Source of the DNA: Nemertoderma westbladi
Lineage: Eukaryota; Animalia; Xenacoelomorpha
Direction: 5' to 3'
Length of the DNA: 64,000 bases
Assembly: GCA_032718475.1 (NCBI GenBank)
Contig: JAUCBJ010006711.1
Location: 163,881-227,880, forward strand
Both the position numbers and the translations under genes were made by a program. The notes beneath the pieces are model-generated. The model saw nothing but the letters and a program-made list of their open reading frames with translations. It ran no database searches and was not told where the DNA came from. The stretch's first letter is position 1. The number at the start of each line of letters is the position of its first letter. This document shows, one piece after another, positions 19,831 through 32,000 of this stretch.

Positions 19831-21490
19831 AACAACCACGACCTCTATACTAACAGCAGAACTGTTGAACAGACCAATACCCGTTAATATCCTTCTGCCA
19901 ACCTAATAAGTTCTCGTCTAACCAATAAGACACAAAGACTGCTCTACTGTTAAGTAAAGGGGCTCAGGAGCGTGATATTACTAAATTGTAAGGGTTGCTA
20001 AATACAAAACCGCTACTTACCGTTAGATGGCGCTAATCTGCCGTCCGCTAATATATTTACTAATTTTACACAACTCCTGCAAAATCGCTTGTTCCTTTCT
20101 CTACCGATTGCTCAATAGAGAGCTAACTGTTCGAATCTATGAGCCACACAGGAATAACCAAAACAATAAACCCGAGTCGGCTCCCTAAGCTTACTTAAGA
20201 CGAGTGCGAGAGGCCTTGCACTCAGAGTATTCTTACGCCTAATTCTATCACTATTAAAGCACGCTATTACCTACGTCTTTTCTAATCGCGAATACTGGGG
20301 GTTCTCTAACGTAATGTGTGAATGCGAGAATATTTAAAATATCAAAAATGGTACAGTAATTGTCTCTCGTGGATAGTACCACTCTGGGTCTAAAATTGCC
20401 TGCAGCTGGCTTTAGGCCAGCAAATCACTAGCGTTTCGTGCGTACCGAATAGTGCGTTCTAGCTGATTGTCCGCTAATGCAAATAACCGCTCAGCGTGAA
20501 TAGTTTACAGTACTCTAATTATTACTTTAGCTACTCTCCGCTATGCTGCGTACTAATTCTTAATTTTACTAATCAATTACAGTCACAAATATTTAACAGC
20601 GTACTAATTACTAAGAGTTCCAGAATACGTGATTCTAATTTATCACGCAACAGGTTTCGCTAGTAATAGCCTAAATTGCCGTATTACTTTGACCTAATCA
20701 GTAACTAATTGTTGTAACTAAGAAATAGAAATCAATCAAAGAGAAAAGAGCGCCTACCTAAACATTCACAATCATAGGCACACTTCAGTAACACACCAAT
20801 CAGCGTCAGCAATCACAGTTCGCAATTATGCAGTTAACTACTGTATAGCCCACAATTATGCGACTCACTATTCGTACTACACGCTCAACGTTCGAAACGT
20901 TGTGATACGTGCAGGCCTCTCCCGGGTACATATAGGACTCCTAACTAACCTGATTCCCGCCCCCCTAATACTAAATAGAGACGAAACCTGGATCATCAGC
21001 CCCCTAATTACCGTACCGGCGATTGGTCTGCGTACCACAGCGTTAACTTCCCGACCGCAACGGTGACCCCACGCCAGCGTTGCTCGCTTTGAATCCTCCG
21101 CTCTCCCTTAGTCGCCCAACCCCCCGATGTGCCCACCGCCCGCTGGCGCCTTAGCCCTCCATTACGCTAATAGCTACCGTAGCGGCGCATGCAAATCACA
21201 AAGTCTGACAGTCTCAGAAATCCCTTAGGATTATTGCGCAGGAAAGAATCACATAGAACCATTAATCAAAAGTAGAAATCATAGTTCAGTTGTAATTAGC
21301 AGTAATCGAAGGAATTAATTGAGAAACACAAGCAAGAGTAATCGCACTAGCAAATCATTTCAAGAAATTAATCAAATTGCAAAAATACTCTAAAATCCGT
21401 CAAAATTGAATAGAGACAGCTCAGCAAGTACAACAGCAGTGAAGGTTGAATCGATCGATAGGCTCTACCGGCACACCGCCAATTTATAGG
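19826..21490 (-). repeat. 5' LTR remnant of the inner element, cut 2 bp upstream of the TATA box
   Basis: Near-identical to 2911-4575; lacks the counterpart of 4576-5098. Confidence 0.85.
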
Positions 21491-21541
21491 GGCACCTTAG
21501 TGGAGTTAGAGAAGAGTTTAGTCATCCAAGATTTGGACTGA
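21491..21541 (+). pseudogene. Possible extreme C-terminus of the outer Pol (GTLVELEKSLVIQDLD*)
   Basis: Resembles the BEL terminal motif seen in the inner element (QDIVLLEE) and is followed by an A-rich non-coding spacer; short match. Confidence 0.45.
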
Positions 21542-21650
21542 GGACGGTGGGATTGAGACGCCCTTCCCACACAAAAAATTTAAAATAAAAAAAAAAATAA
21601 AATAATAGTACATAATAGGTACGCAGTTAGTAGGCAGAAGTTAGCCAGTA

Positions 21651-22021
21651 AGAGGTACGTAGTACCTAGAGTTAGTTAGTTAAGAGGTACGTAGTACCTA
21701 GAGTTAGTTAGTTAGTTAGGAGGTACGAGAGAGTTAGAGGGTACGTAGTACCGTTAGTTAGAGAGTTAGAGGGTACATAGTACCGTTAGTTAGAGAGTTA
21801 GAGGGTACGTAGTACCATTAGTTGGAGAGTTAGAGGGTACGTAGTACCGTTAGTTAGAGAGTTAGAGGGTACGTAGTACCGTTAGTTAGAGAGTTAGAGG
21901 GTACGTAGTACCATTAGTTAGAGAGTTAGAGGGTACGTAGTACCGTTAGTTAGAGAGTTAGAGGGTACATAGTACCGTTAGTTAGAGAAGAGTTAGAGTT
22001 AGAGGGTACGTAGTACCATTA
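21651..22021. repeat. 32-bp minisatellite GTTAGTTAGAGAGTTAGAGGGTACGTAGTACC, ~11 copies including variants
   Basis: GTAC core recurs at 21741, 21773, 21805, 21837, 21869, 21901, 21933 and 21965; each unit contains the GGTAC-GTA-GTACC mini-hairpin. Confidence 0.95.
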
Positions 22022-22510
22022 GTAAGAGAGAGAGTAAGAGGTAGAAGGGTATATACGATATAGATATTAGTTACCAGTTAGTAGTGAGAGGGGGGCATAT
22101 GAGTACAGCTGGGTAAATTGTGTGGCCACGCGATGCATACTGCTGTACTGTACAGGCCCACAGAGTAGGCCAGAATGTGGATTAGAGAATAGAATAATCC
22201 ATAGGCAATAGTAAGTAGTAGGACAGTAGAATTAAAACTAAACTAAAATAAATAGAATAGGGCTGAAAGTTACAAATTATGGCAACACTAGGAAAGTTAT
22301 TCTGGAACATAATAAAAGTAACTGACAGAAATTAAAATTAGGGTGTATTTACTAGCTTCAGAATTAATTAGTAATAATTTAGGCAAAAAGGGCGCAGTTG
22401 AGTAAGGAATAGGCCATTATCGGACCGTACAGAACATCTTAGATACATCACTCATCTGTATTGCGCCTTGGTAAGGCACCACCTTACAGATGAGCAAGTG
22501 AGTGTTCGGA

Positions 22511-24547
22511 ATGGCGAGCAAATTGATCAGAAAGAGAAAGGCGGAGTCAGGAGGAAAGGAGATACTGGTGGATTTCACCGAGAGGCATCCGGAAGAGAAG
22601 ATTAGAGGATACTACGAGAGGTTGGAAAGGGGTCACGCGGCACGAGCGCTGCAGGATCACTTCCAGGAGATGCACGAACAGCGGCTGGTCGGGACCTACG
22701 GGATGCCGTCGCTGGACAATGCGATCTTCCAACACTTCCACTACGTGGTGAAAGGGGACGAGGCGAAGTTCGGGATTCCGAAGTACCTGAGGGAATCACC
22801 GAGGAAGGATTGGAAGAGATTCATAGAGTCCGTCAACAGGGGAGGATACATGATCCTAGACGACGAGGGAACCGTGGAAGACGAGGAGGGTTCGAGACGA
22901 GGATCGGCGGGGTCGGCCAGGACCATACTCCTACATTTGGCCGCGCCAAATGGGGACATCTTCTTATTCGATCTAGGAACGTACAGGAAGAAGGACGGGC
23001 CGAAATTAAACCGGTTGCCGAAAGCGGTACAAGTCTTGGTAAGAGAGAAGTCGACGACGAAAGTAGGATCGGCGATTCACGAGGACGCAGAGAGAATCAT
23101 CGGTCCGGACGCCACCAACCTCCTGGATATGCAGAAGGTCTTCATGGCTATGACGGCACCGGATGGGTTGGGGGTAGTCGGAAACACAGGCCAATGCGGG
23201 GTGGTGGCAATGGGCCAACTATTGGGGCTCGTATGCCACAAACCGATGGACTGGGGGAAGTTCAGGGAAGAATACGGAGCAGAACTAGTGAACTCGCTAA
23301 AGTGGGGAGCGAGACCGGGAAAGCAAGAGGTATATCAATTCCGCAGAGGAGCGATAAAGGTATATCAGAAGCGATATATCCTGCAGGAAGATTGGATGAT
23401 GATAAGTTTGCTAAACTTATTTTTGACCGTGGTTATCGAGAGGGAACCAGCGGCATTTCTGTTATCGGGATCACCCCTAAGCTACAGGAGAGCCTTTAAA
23501 ATGGCCTTCGACGGTCTGGTAGACCACCCGGGGCTGAAGGGCGAGTCGGTATACTACAACAGCCGACATCTGGTAGACGGGGAGACAGATACGCCGTATC
23601 AGAGATGGGAGCAGCTAGTGACGGATAGACGAGAAGCAAAGCGACTGGAAGAAGTCGCTAGACGGGAGAGGATAGAAGCAGAGGAGAGGGAAGAAGAGGC
23701 CAGGACGCAGAGTTACGGCTTCGAGGAACAGGCAGGCTTAGACGAACTTCATTGGACTTCATCAGGGAGTTCGGGGGAGTCTCTAGGGCGAGAATTGGGA
23801 TGGACAGTGGGATCGCCGAAACAGTCAACGTCGGGGTTGCAAGCGATGCCCATACCAGCGGGGGCCGAAGGTGACCAACCGCCAAGGAAGTTAAGGGAGC
23901 TAGAGGGATGGAGAGCTACGGGCGAGAGCCAAGGCGGGAAGGGACATAGTGGATCCATCGGGATACCGGGGTTGGAGCCACTGCCAGAGGAGGAGGAGGA
24001 TGACGACGAGTTCGGAGGGGTGCCGCCCATCGAGAGGATTGGCCACTCGGACACGGACTGGGTTGGCGGGAGGGTGGTGACGGCCAGTGGGGCGAGGGCC
24101 TTCTGGAACAGATCCGGCAAGCGGACCTGGGTGCACGAGGAGCCGGCGATGGATTTCGCGGGGAGCACTATCAGGTTGGGCGAGCAACCGGGGACGGCAC
24201 CACGGATAGTATTCGGGGAGACAATGCCCGAGAGGGGCGGAGAGATCGATGTAGACAGGGACACCAACGTGGAGAAGTTCGCCTACCAGCGACTCCACAG
24301 ACCGCGGAGATCGCTTGGGGCGAAAGACGACGTGGGGCGGGAGACGCGCCATGACGCGCCAGCGCATGAAGGCCCAGGAGTTCAAGTGGGGTTTCTTCCT
24401 TATCAATCAGGAGGCTCACATGGAAATCATAAAGCGGAGGCTACCGTTTACCTATCAAGAGGTAGCAACGGCGGCGTCGTATGCCGGAGTGATGAATACA
24501 CAAAGATATTTGGACAGGTGGACGCCACAGAACCGAGGGGAGTTTAG
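22511..24547 (+). CDS. Extra ORF (ORF3) of the outer element: DEDDy-like 3'-5' exonuclease domain, then acidic linker; frameshifted near 24310-24335
   Basis: ATG at 22511 (MASKLIRKRK); ExoI MILDDEG (~22850), LLHLA..IFLFDL, LPKAVQVLVREKSTTKVGSAIHED (ExoII, ~23060), LLDMQ, GVVAMGQLL, ExoIII-like QKRYILQE (~23375). Confidence 0.78.
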   Translation: MASKLIRKRKAESGGKEILVDFTERHPEEKIRGYYERLERGHAARALQDHFQEMHEQRLVGTYGMPSLDNAIFQHFHYVVKGDEAKFGIPKYLRESPRKDWKRFIESVNRGGYMILDDEGTVEDEEGSRRGSAGSARTILLHLAAPNGDIFLFDLGTYRKKDGPKLNRLPKAVQVLVREKSTTKVGSAIHEDAERIIGPDATNLLDMQKVFMAMTAPDGLGVVGNTGQCGVVAMGQLLGLVCHKPMDWGKFREEYGAELVNSLKWGARPGKQEVYQFRRGAIKVYQKRYILQEDWMMISLLNLFLTVVIEREPAAFLLSGSPLSYRRAFKMAFDGLVDHPGLKGESVYYNSRHLVDGETDTPYQRWEQLVTDRREAKRLEEVARRERIEAEEREEEARTQSYGFEEQAGLDELHWTSSGSSGESLGRELGWTVGSPKQSTSGLQAMPIPAGAEGDQPPRKLRELEGWRATGESQGGKGHSGSIGIPGLEPLPEEEEDDDEFGGVPPIERIGHSDTDWVGGRVVTASGARAFWNRSGKRTWVHEEPAMDFAGSTIRLGEQPGTAPRIVFGETMPERGGEIDVDRDTNVEKFAYQRLHRPRRSLGAKDDVGRETRHDAPAHEGPGVQVGFLPYQSGGSHGNHKAEATVYLSRGSNGGVVCRSDEYTKIFGQVDATEPRGV

Positions 24548-24818
24548 GGATTTCTTGGCGGAGCACGTGCCGCGAGCAATGAAAATGATCCTATGGGACG
24601 CCACCAGAGGGAGACAACAGGGCCACTCTGAGGGGCCACCTGCGAAGCGATATCGGGCACTAATAACACCAGCGCCCATGGAGCCAACAACTGGAATCAG
24701 CAGGGAGGTGGCGGCAAAAGTCCGAAAGCAGAAAGCGGATCCCAGAGGAGCGGTGGTAACCAAGAAACGACCCAGGGAAGAGGACGCCAGGGGGAACTAT
24801 CCCCAGAGGAACAGATAG
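24315..24818 (+). pseudogene. Frameshifted C-terminal part of the outer ORF3
   Basis: KWGFFLI..LPFTYQEV aligns by eye with inner ORF3 GYGFWAV..LPQYQEL; ends in a basic tail. Confidence 0.6.
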
Positions 24819-25103
24819 GTTCCCAGGGCTGGGGGAGAGAAACTGAGACTTGGACGTGGTACGCCTGGAAGGCGCCGCGTGGGACGTACGAACTATTAAG
24901 TACAAATTAAGCTGATGCAAAATAATTAAATAAGTGCAATTATATGTACGTACGTAGTGATCAGTAATTTAGCAATAAAATATACGTTCGGAGTAAGTAC
25001 CATAGTCATACAACCTTTCTCAATTAGCTACTGGGACTGGGGGGATAACTGACTAGACTATGGCACTATGGACGAGACGCCAGACGATTTCACACTTCTT
25101 GAG

Positions 25104-26060
25104 TGTGACGGCACAAGAGGGGGGGGGAGATTCGTCAGAAGGGATGAGGTAGCCAAAGAGAGACGGAGTAATAGTGCGAAGTGCGGATAGAGTGCGGACG
25201 CAATTCTAGTGTGGGGGGGGGGGAGAATAAGAAGCTGAGTGAGGGACGAGGAGGTCCGAGGGTATGAGAGAGTTAGGGTGAGAGTGGAGAAGAGATAGGG
25301 CGAAGGTGTTGGGGAAACAAAAGTTGCATGAGAGGTGAGCGCGATCGGCCCGACATGGGACGCCAGGCATACAGGGTAGCGTTATCATACCCATAGGGAG
25401 CGGCCTGGAAAGCCAGCTCCGAGAGAAAAGAATTCCACCCCACACCCGATACTAGATCGGGATCCAGCGGGATTGTAGCGCACTTTGAGGTGGATGCTAT
25501 CTTCTCACCGGGAAGATAGCATGGGGGGGAGTGTTAGCTTATTCAATCCCGCTAACACCCCATAAAGTTAAGCCGATAAGCAATATTGGGGGCCATGAGA
25601 TTGAGTAATCAATCACACGTGCCACCCCAACAAAATGGGAAGGAGAAACACACAATGAGGGTCAGGGGCCAAACCCCTAAGCCAGAGAGAACAGGTGGAG
25701 TGAACGGGAACACTCCAAAGGGCGCCAACAAGGGTATCAACCAATCAGAGGGGGGAAAGGCATCGATTAGGTAGAGTAACAAGGCCAACCGTGCAATATA
25801 GCCAGTTGGCAGTAATCACTTTACTCAGTTATCTCAGTATCATATTGGTGCTAGTTAGGTTAGTTAGTTTAGCTAGGGAAGGACCGGGACTTTAATTACC
25901 GTTTCCCGCCTTCTGTGTACAACATCATATATCTATATCTATATCTTTTACCTGAATATTATACGCGACAAACAACGTAAACCCTTTCACTCTTCACACA
26001 CGGCGGGGACGCGTAAATTAACAAACGGATAAACCGGGATCCTCCCTGGATCCCGTCACA
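25104..26060 (+). repeat. 3' LTR of the outer element (957 bp; alternative start 25532)
   Basis: Perfect 8-bp terminal inverted repeat TGTGACGG..CCGTCACA and a sharp junction to satellite at 26061. An alternative start, GGGGGGGAG|TGTTAGC at 25532, has a better polypurine tract. The partner LTR is outside the window. Confidence 0.7.
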
Positions 26061-29000
26061 GAGATGGATGAATTTTGATTGTGTCAGAACACCCCCTATC
26101 TGTGGCTGTCTGAGTTGAGAAATAAGTAGCCTATCTCCCTATTAATATTGTTGTGTTCTAGAATATTTATTATAGTTTCATCGTATTGCTAAAGTGGCTG
26201 GAGCCAAAGTTATTATGTAATGCAATAATTCACCTCAAATATCTCAGCTATTTCATGAACATAATGAAATATTATATCCATGTCAAATTCCTTGGTATTT
26301 TTCTGCAATAATTTTTCAAAATATCCTCTGATTTTTTTCAAAAACCATATCAATTTTCATATTTATAACTTCTATCCCACTCCACGAGATAAAGAATCTT
26401 AAATGAAAGTCAAAAGAAGAGGTAACAATTACATTTATAGAAGTAATCAGCTGTTATTTGCTACGTCTTTCCGCTGGAGATGGATGAATTTTGATTGTGT
26501 CAGAACACCCCCTATCTGTGGCTGTCTGAGTTGAGAAATAAGTAGCCTATCTCCCTATTAATATTGTTGTGTTCTAGAATATTTATTATAGTTTCATCGT
26601 ATTGCTAAAGTGGCTGGAGCTAAAGTTATTATGTAATGCAATAATTCACCTCAAATATCTCAGCTATTTCATGAACATAATCAAGTATTAAAGCCATGTC
26701 AAAATCCTTGTTGTTTTTCTGCAATAATTTATCAAAATATCCTCTGATTTTTTACAAAAATCATATCGATTTTCATATTTATAACTTCTATCCCACTCCA
26801 CGAGATAGATAATCTTAAATTAACGTCAAAAGAACAGGTAACACTTACATTTATAGCAGTAATCAGCTGTTATTTGCTACGTCTTTCCGCTGGAGATGGA
26901 TGAATTTTGATTGCGTTGGAACACCCCCTATCTGTGGCTGTCTGAGTGGAGAGATAAGTAGCCTATCTCCCTGTTAATATTGTTGTGTTCTAGAATATTT
27001 ATTATAGTTTCATCGTATTGCCAAAGTGACTAGAGCTGAAGTTGACTCATAATACAATAATTCACCTCAAATATCTCAGCTATTTCATGAACATAATGAA
27101 GTATTAAATCCATGTCAAATTCCTTGGTATTTTTTTGCAATAATTTATCAAAATATCCTCTGATTTTTTTCAAAAACCACATCGATTTTCTTATTTATAA
27201 CTTCTATCCCACTCAACGAGATAGAGAATCTTAAATGAACGTCAAAAGAACAGGTAACACTTACATTTATAGCAGTAATCAGCTGTTATTTGCTACGTCT
27301 TCCCACTGGAGATGGATGAATTTTGATTGCGTTGGAACACCCCCTATCTGTGGCTGTCTGAGTGGAGAGATAAGTAGCCTATCTCCCTGTTAATATTGTT
27401 GTGTTCTAGAATATTTATTATAGTTTTATCGTATTGCCAAAGTGACTAGAGCTGAAGTTGACTCATAATACAATAATTCACCTCAAATATCTCAGCTATT
27501 TCATGAACATAATGATGTATTAAATCCATGTCAAATTCCTTGGTATTTTTCTGCAATAATTTATCAAAATATCCTCTGATTTTTTTCAAAAACCATATCA
27601 ATTTTCATATTTATAACTTCTATCCCACTCCACGAGATAGAGAATCTTAAATGAACGTCAAAAGAACAGGTAACACTTAAATTTATAGAAGTAATCAGCT
27701 GTTATTTGCTACGTCTTTCCGCTGGAGATGGATGAATTTTGATTGCGTTGGAACACCCCCTATCTGTGGCTTTCTGAGTGGAGAGATAAGTATCCTATCT
27801 CCCTATTAATATTGTTGTGTTCTAGAATATTTTTTATAGTTTCATCGTATTGCCAAACTGACTAGAGCTGAAGTTAACTCATAATACAATAATTCACCTC
27901 AAATATCTCAGCTATTTCATGAACATAATGAAGTATTAAAGCCATGTCAAAATCATTGGTGTTTTTCTGCAATAATTTATCAAAATATCCTCTGATTTTT
28001 TTCAAAAACCACATCGATTTTCTTATTTATAACTTCTATCCCACTCCACGAGATAGAGAATCTTAAATGAACGTCAAAAGAACAGGTAACACTTACATTT
28101 ATAGCAGTAATCAGCTGTTATTTGCTACGTCTTTCCGCTGGAGATGGATGAATTTTGATTGCGTTGGAACACCCCCTATCTGTGGCTGTCTGAGTGGAGA
28201 GATAAGTAGCCTATCTCCCTGTTAATATTGTTGTGTTCTAGAATATTTATTATAGTTTCATCGTATTGCCAAAGTGACTACAGCTGAAGTTGACTCATAA
28301 TACAATAATTCACCTCAAATATCTCAGCTATTTCATGAACATAATGAAGTAAAAATCCATGTCAAATTCCTTGGCATTTTTCTGCAATAATTTATCAAAA
28401 TATCCTCTGATTTTTTTAAAAAACCATATCAATTTTCATATTTATAACTTCTATCCCACTCAACGAGATAAAGTATCTTAAATGAAAGTCAAAAGAACAG
28501 GTAACACTTACATTTATAGAAGTAATCAGCTGTTATTTGCTACGTCTTTCCGCTGGAGATGGATGAATTTTGATTGCGTTGGAACACCCCCTATCTGTGG
28601 CTTTCTGAGTGGAGAGATAAGTATCCTATCTCCCTATTAATATTGTTGTGTTGAATATTTTTTATAGTTTCATCGTATTGCCAAAGTGACTAGAGCTCAA
28701 GTTGTCTCATAATACAATAATTCACCTCAAATATCTCAGCTATTTCATGAACATAATGAAGTATTAAATCCATGTCAAAATCCTTGGTATTGTTCTGCAA
28801 TAATTTATCAAAATATCCTCTGATTTTTTTCAAAAACCATATCAATTTTCATATTTATAACTTCTATCCCACTCCACGAGATAGAGAATCTTAAATGAAA
28901 GTCAAAAGAACAGGTAACACTTACATTTATAGAAGTAATCAGCTGTTATTTTCTACGTCATTCCGCTGGAGATGGATGAATTTTGATTGTGTCAGAACAC

Positions 29001-32000
29001 CCCCTATCTGTGGCTGTCTGAGTTTAGAAATAAGTAGCCTATCTCCCTATTAATATTGTTGTGTTCTAGAATATTTATTATAGTTTCATCGTATTGCTAA
29101 AGTGGCTGGAGCTAAAGTTATTATGTAATGCAATAATTCACCTCGAATATCTCATCTATTTCATGAACATAATGAAGTATTAAAGCCATGTCAAAATCCT
29201 TGGTGTTTTTCTGCAATAATTTTTCAAAATATCCTGTGATTTTTTACAAAAATCATATCGATTTTCATATTTATAACTTCTATCCCACTCAACGAGATAA
29301 AGTATCTTAAATGAAAGTCAAAAGAACAGGTAACACTTACATTTATAGAAGTAATCAGCTGTTATTTGCTACGTCTTTCTGCTGGAGATGGATTAATTTT
29401 GATTGCGTTGGAACACCCCCTATCTGTGGCTTTCTGAGTGGAGAGATACGTATCCTATCTCCCTATTAATATTGTTGTGTTCTAGAATATTTTTTATAGT
29501 TTCATCGTATTGCCAAAGTGACTAGAGCTGAAGTTAACTCATAATACAATAATTCACCTCAAATATCTCAGCTATTTCATGAACGTAATGAAGTATTAAA
29601 TCCATGTCAAAATCATTGGTGTTTTTCTGCAATAATTTATCAAAATATCCTCTGATTTTTTTCAAAAACCACATCGATTTTCTTATTTATAACTTCTATC
29701 CCACTCCACGAGATAGAGAATCTTAAATGAACGTCAAAAGAACAGGTAACACTTACATTTATAGCAGTAATCAGCTGTTATTTGCTACGTCTTTCCGCTG
29801 GAGATGGATGAATTTTGATTGCGTTGGAACACCCCCTATCTGTGGCTTTCTGAGTGGAGAGATAAGTAGCCTATCTCCCTGTTAATATTGTTGTGTTCTA
29901 GAATATTTGTTATAGTTTCATCGTATTGCCAAAGTGACTAGAGCTGAAGTTGACTCATAATACAATAATTCACCTCAAATATCTCAGCTATTTCATGAAC
30001 ATAATGAAGTAAAAATCCATGTCAAATTCCTTGGTATTTTTCTGCAATAATTTATCAAAATATCCTCTGATTTTTTTAAAAAAGCATATCAATTTTCATA
30101 TTTATAACTTCTATCCCACTCAACGAGATAAAGTATCTTAAATGAAAGTCAAAAGAACAGGTAACACTTACATTTATAGAAGTAATCAGCTGTTATTTGC
30201 TACGTCTTTCCGCTGGAGATGGATGAATTTTGATTGCGTTGGAACACCCCCTATCTGTGGCTTTCTGAGTAGAGAGATAAGTAGCCTATCTCCCTGTTAA
30301 TATTGTTGTGTTCTAGAATATTTATTATAGTTTCATCGTATTGCCAAAGTGACTAGAGCTGAAGTTGACTCATAATACAATAATTCACCTCAAATATCTC
30401 AGCTATTTCATGAACATAATGAAGTAAAAATCCATGTCAAATTCCTTGGTATTTTTCTGCAATAATTTATCAAAATATCTTCTGATTTTTATCAAAAACC
30501 ACATCGATTTTCTTATTTATAACTTCTATCCCACTCCACGAGATAGAGAATCTTAAATGAACGTCAAAAGAACAGGTAACACTTACATTTATAGCAGTAA
30601 TCAGCTGTTATTGGCTACGTCTTCCCGCCGGAGATGGATGAATTTTGATTCCGTTGGAACACCCCCTATCTGTGGCTGTCTGAGTGGAGAGATAAGTAGC
30701 CTATCTCCCTGTTAATATTGTTGTGTTCTAGAATATTTATTATAGTTTCATCGTATTGCCAAAGTGACTAGAGCTGAAGTTGACTCATAATACAATAATT
30801 CACCTCAAATATCTCAGCTATTTCATGAACATAATGAAGTAAAAATCCATGTCAAATTCCTTGGTATTTTTTTGCAATAATTTATCAAAATATCCTCTGA
30901 TTTTTTTCAAAAACCACATCGATTTTCTTATTTATAACTTCTATCCCACTCCACGAGATAGAGAATCTTAAATGAACGTCAAAAGAACAGGTAACACTTA
31001 CATTTATAGCAGTAATAAGCTGTTATATGCTACGTCTTTCCACTGGAGATGGATAAATTTTGATTGCGTTGGAACACCCCCTATCTGTGGCTTTCTGAGT
31101 GGAGAGATAAGTATCCTATCTCCCTATTAATATTGTTGTGTTGAATATTTTTTATAGTTTCATCGTATTGCCAAAGTGACTAAAGCTCAAGTTGTCTCAT
31201 AATACAATAATTCACCTCAAATATCTCAACTATTTCATGAACATAATGAAGTATTAAATCCATGTCAAAATCCTTGGTATTTTTCTGCAATAATTTATCA
31301 AAATATCCTCTGATTTTTTTCAAAAACCATATCAATTTTCATATTTATAACTTCTATCCCACTCCACGAGATTGAGAATCTTAAATGAACGTCAAAAGAA
31401 CAGGTAACACTTACATTTATAGAAGTAATCAGCTGTTATTTGCTACGTCTTTCCGCTGGAGATGGATGAACTTTGATTGCGTTGGAACACCCCCTATCTG
31501 TGGCTTTCTGAGTGGAGAGATAAGTATCCTATCTCCCTATTAATATTGTTGTGTTGAATATTTTTTATAGTTTCATCGTATTGCCAAAGTGACTAGAGCT
31601 CAAGTTGTCTCATAATACAATAATTCACCTCAAATATCTCAGCTATTTCATGAACATAATGAAGTATTAAATCCATGTCAAAATCCTTGGTATTTTTCTG
31701 CAATAATTTATCAAAATTTCCTCTGATTTCTTTTCAAAAACCATATCAATTTTCATATTTATAACTTCTATCCCACTCCACGAGATTGAGAATCTTAAAT
31801 GAACGTCAAAAGAACAGGTAACACTTACATTTATAGAAGTAATCAGCTGTTATTTTCTACATCTTTCCGCTGGAGATGGATGAATTTTGATTGTGTCAGA
31901 ACACCCCCTATCTGTGGCTGTCTGAGTTTAGAAATAAGTAGCCTATCTCCCTATTAATATTGTTGTGTTCTAGAATATTTATTATAGTTTCATCGTATTG

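Larger units (their letters stand above)
2911..21490 (-). mobile_element. Inner BEL/Pao LTR retrotransposon, ~18.6 kb, with gag-pol plus a large extra ORF
   Basis: Bounded by 1665-bp direct repeats (2911-4575 and 19826-21490); complete Gag-PR-RT-RH-IN order with BEL-diagnostic motifs. Confidence 0.95.
1..26060 (+). mobile_element. Outer BEL/Pao LTR retrotransposon (5' end outside window), decayed, interrupted at 2911-21490 by a nested element
   Basis: BEL-type Gag knuckle, PR, RT and RNase H at 2-2910; a + strand, purine-rich segment resumes at 21491 with a Pol-C-terminus-like peptide, an extra ORF and an LTR-like end (..CCGTCACA) abutting satellite. Assigning both flanks to one element is inferred from shared strand, composition and gene order. 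Confidence 0.8.

Noticed and set aside
21651-22021. Telomeric (TTAGG)n tract
   Set aside because: Units are a 32-bp composite with GTTA/GTTAG pieces, not tandem TTAGG or TTAGGG.
26061-26476. CENP-B box in the monomer
   Set aside because: No match to TTCG-N4-A-N2-CGGG seen on either strand.
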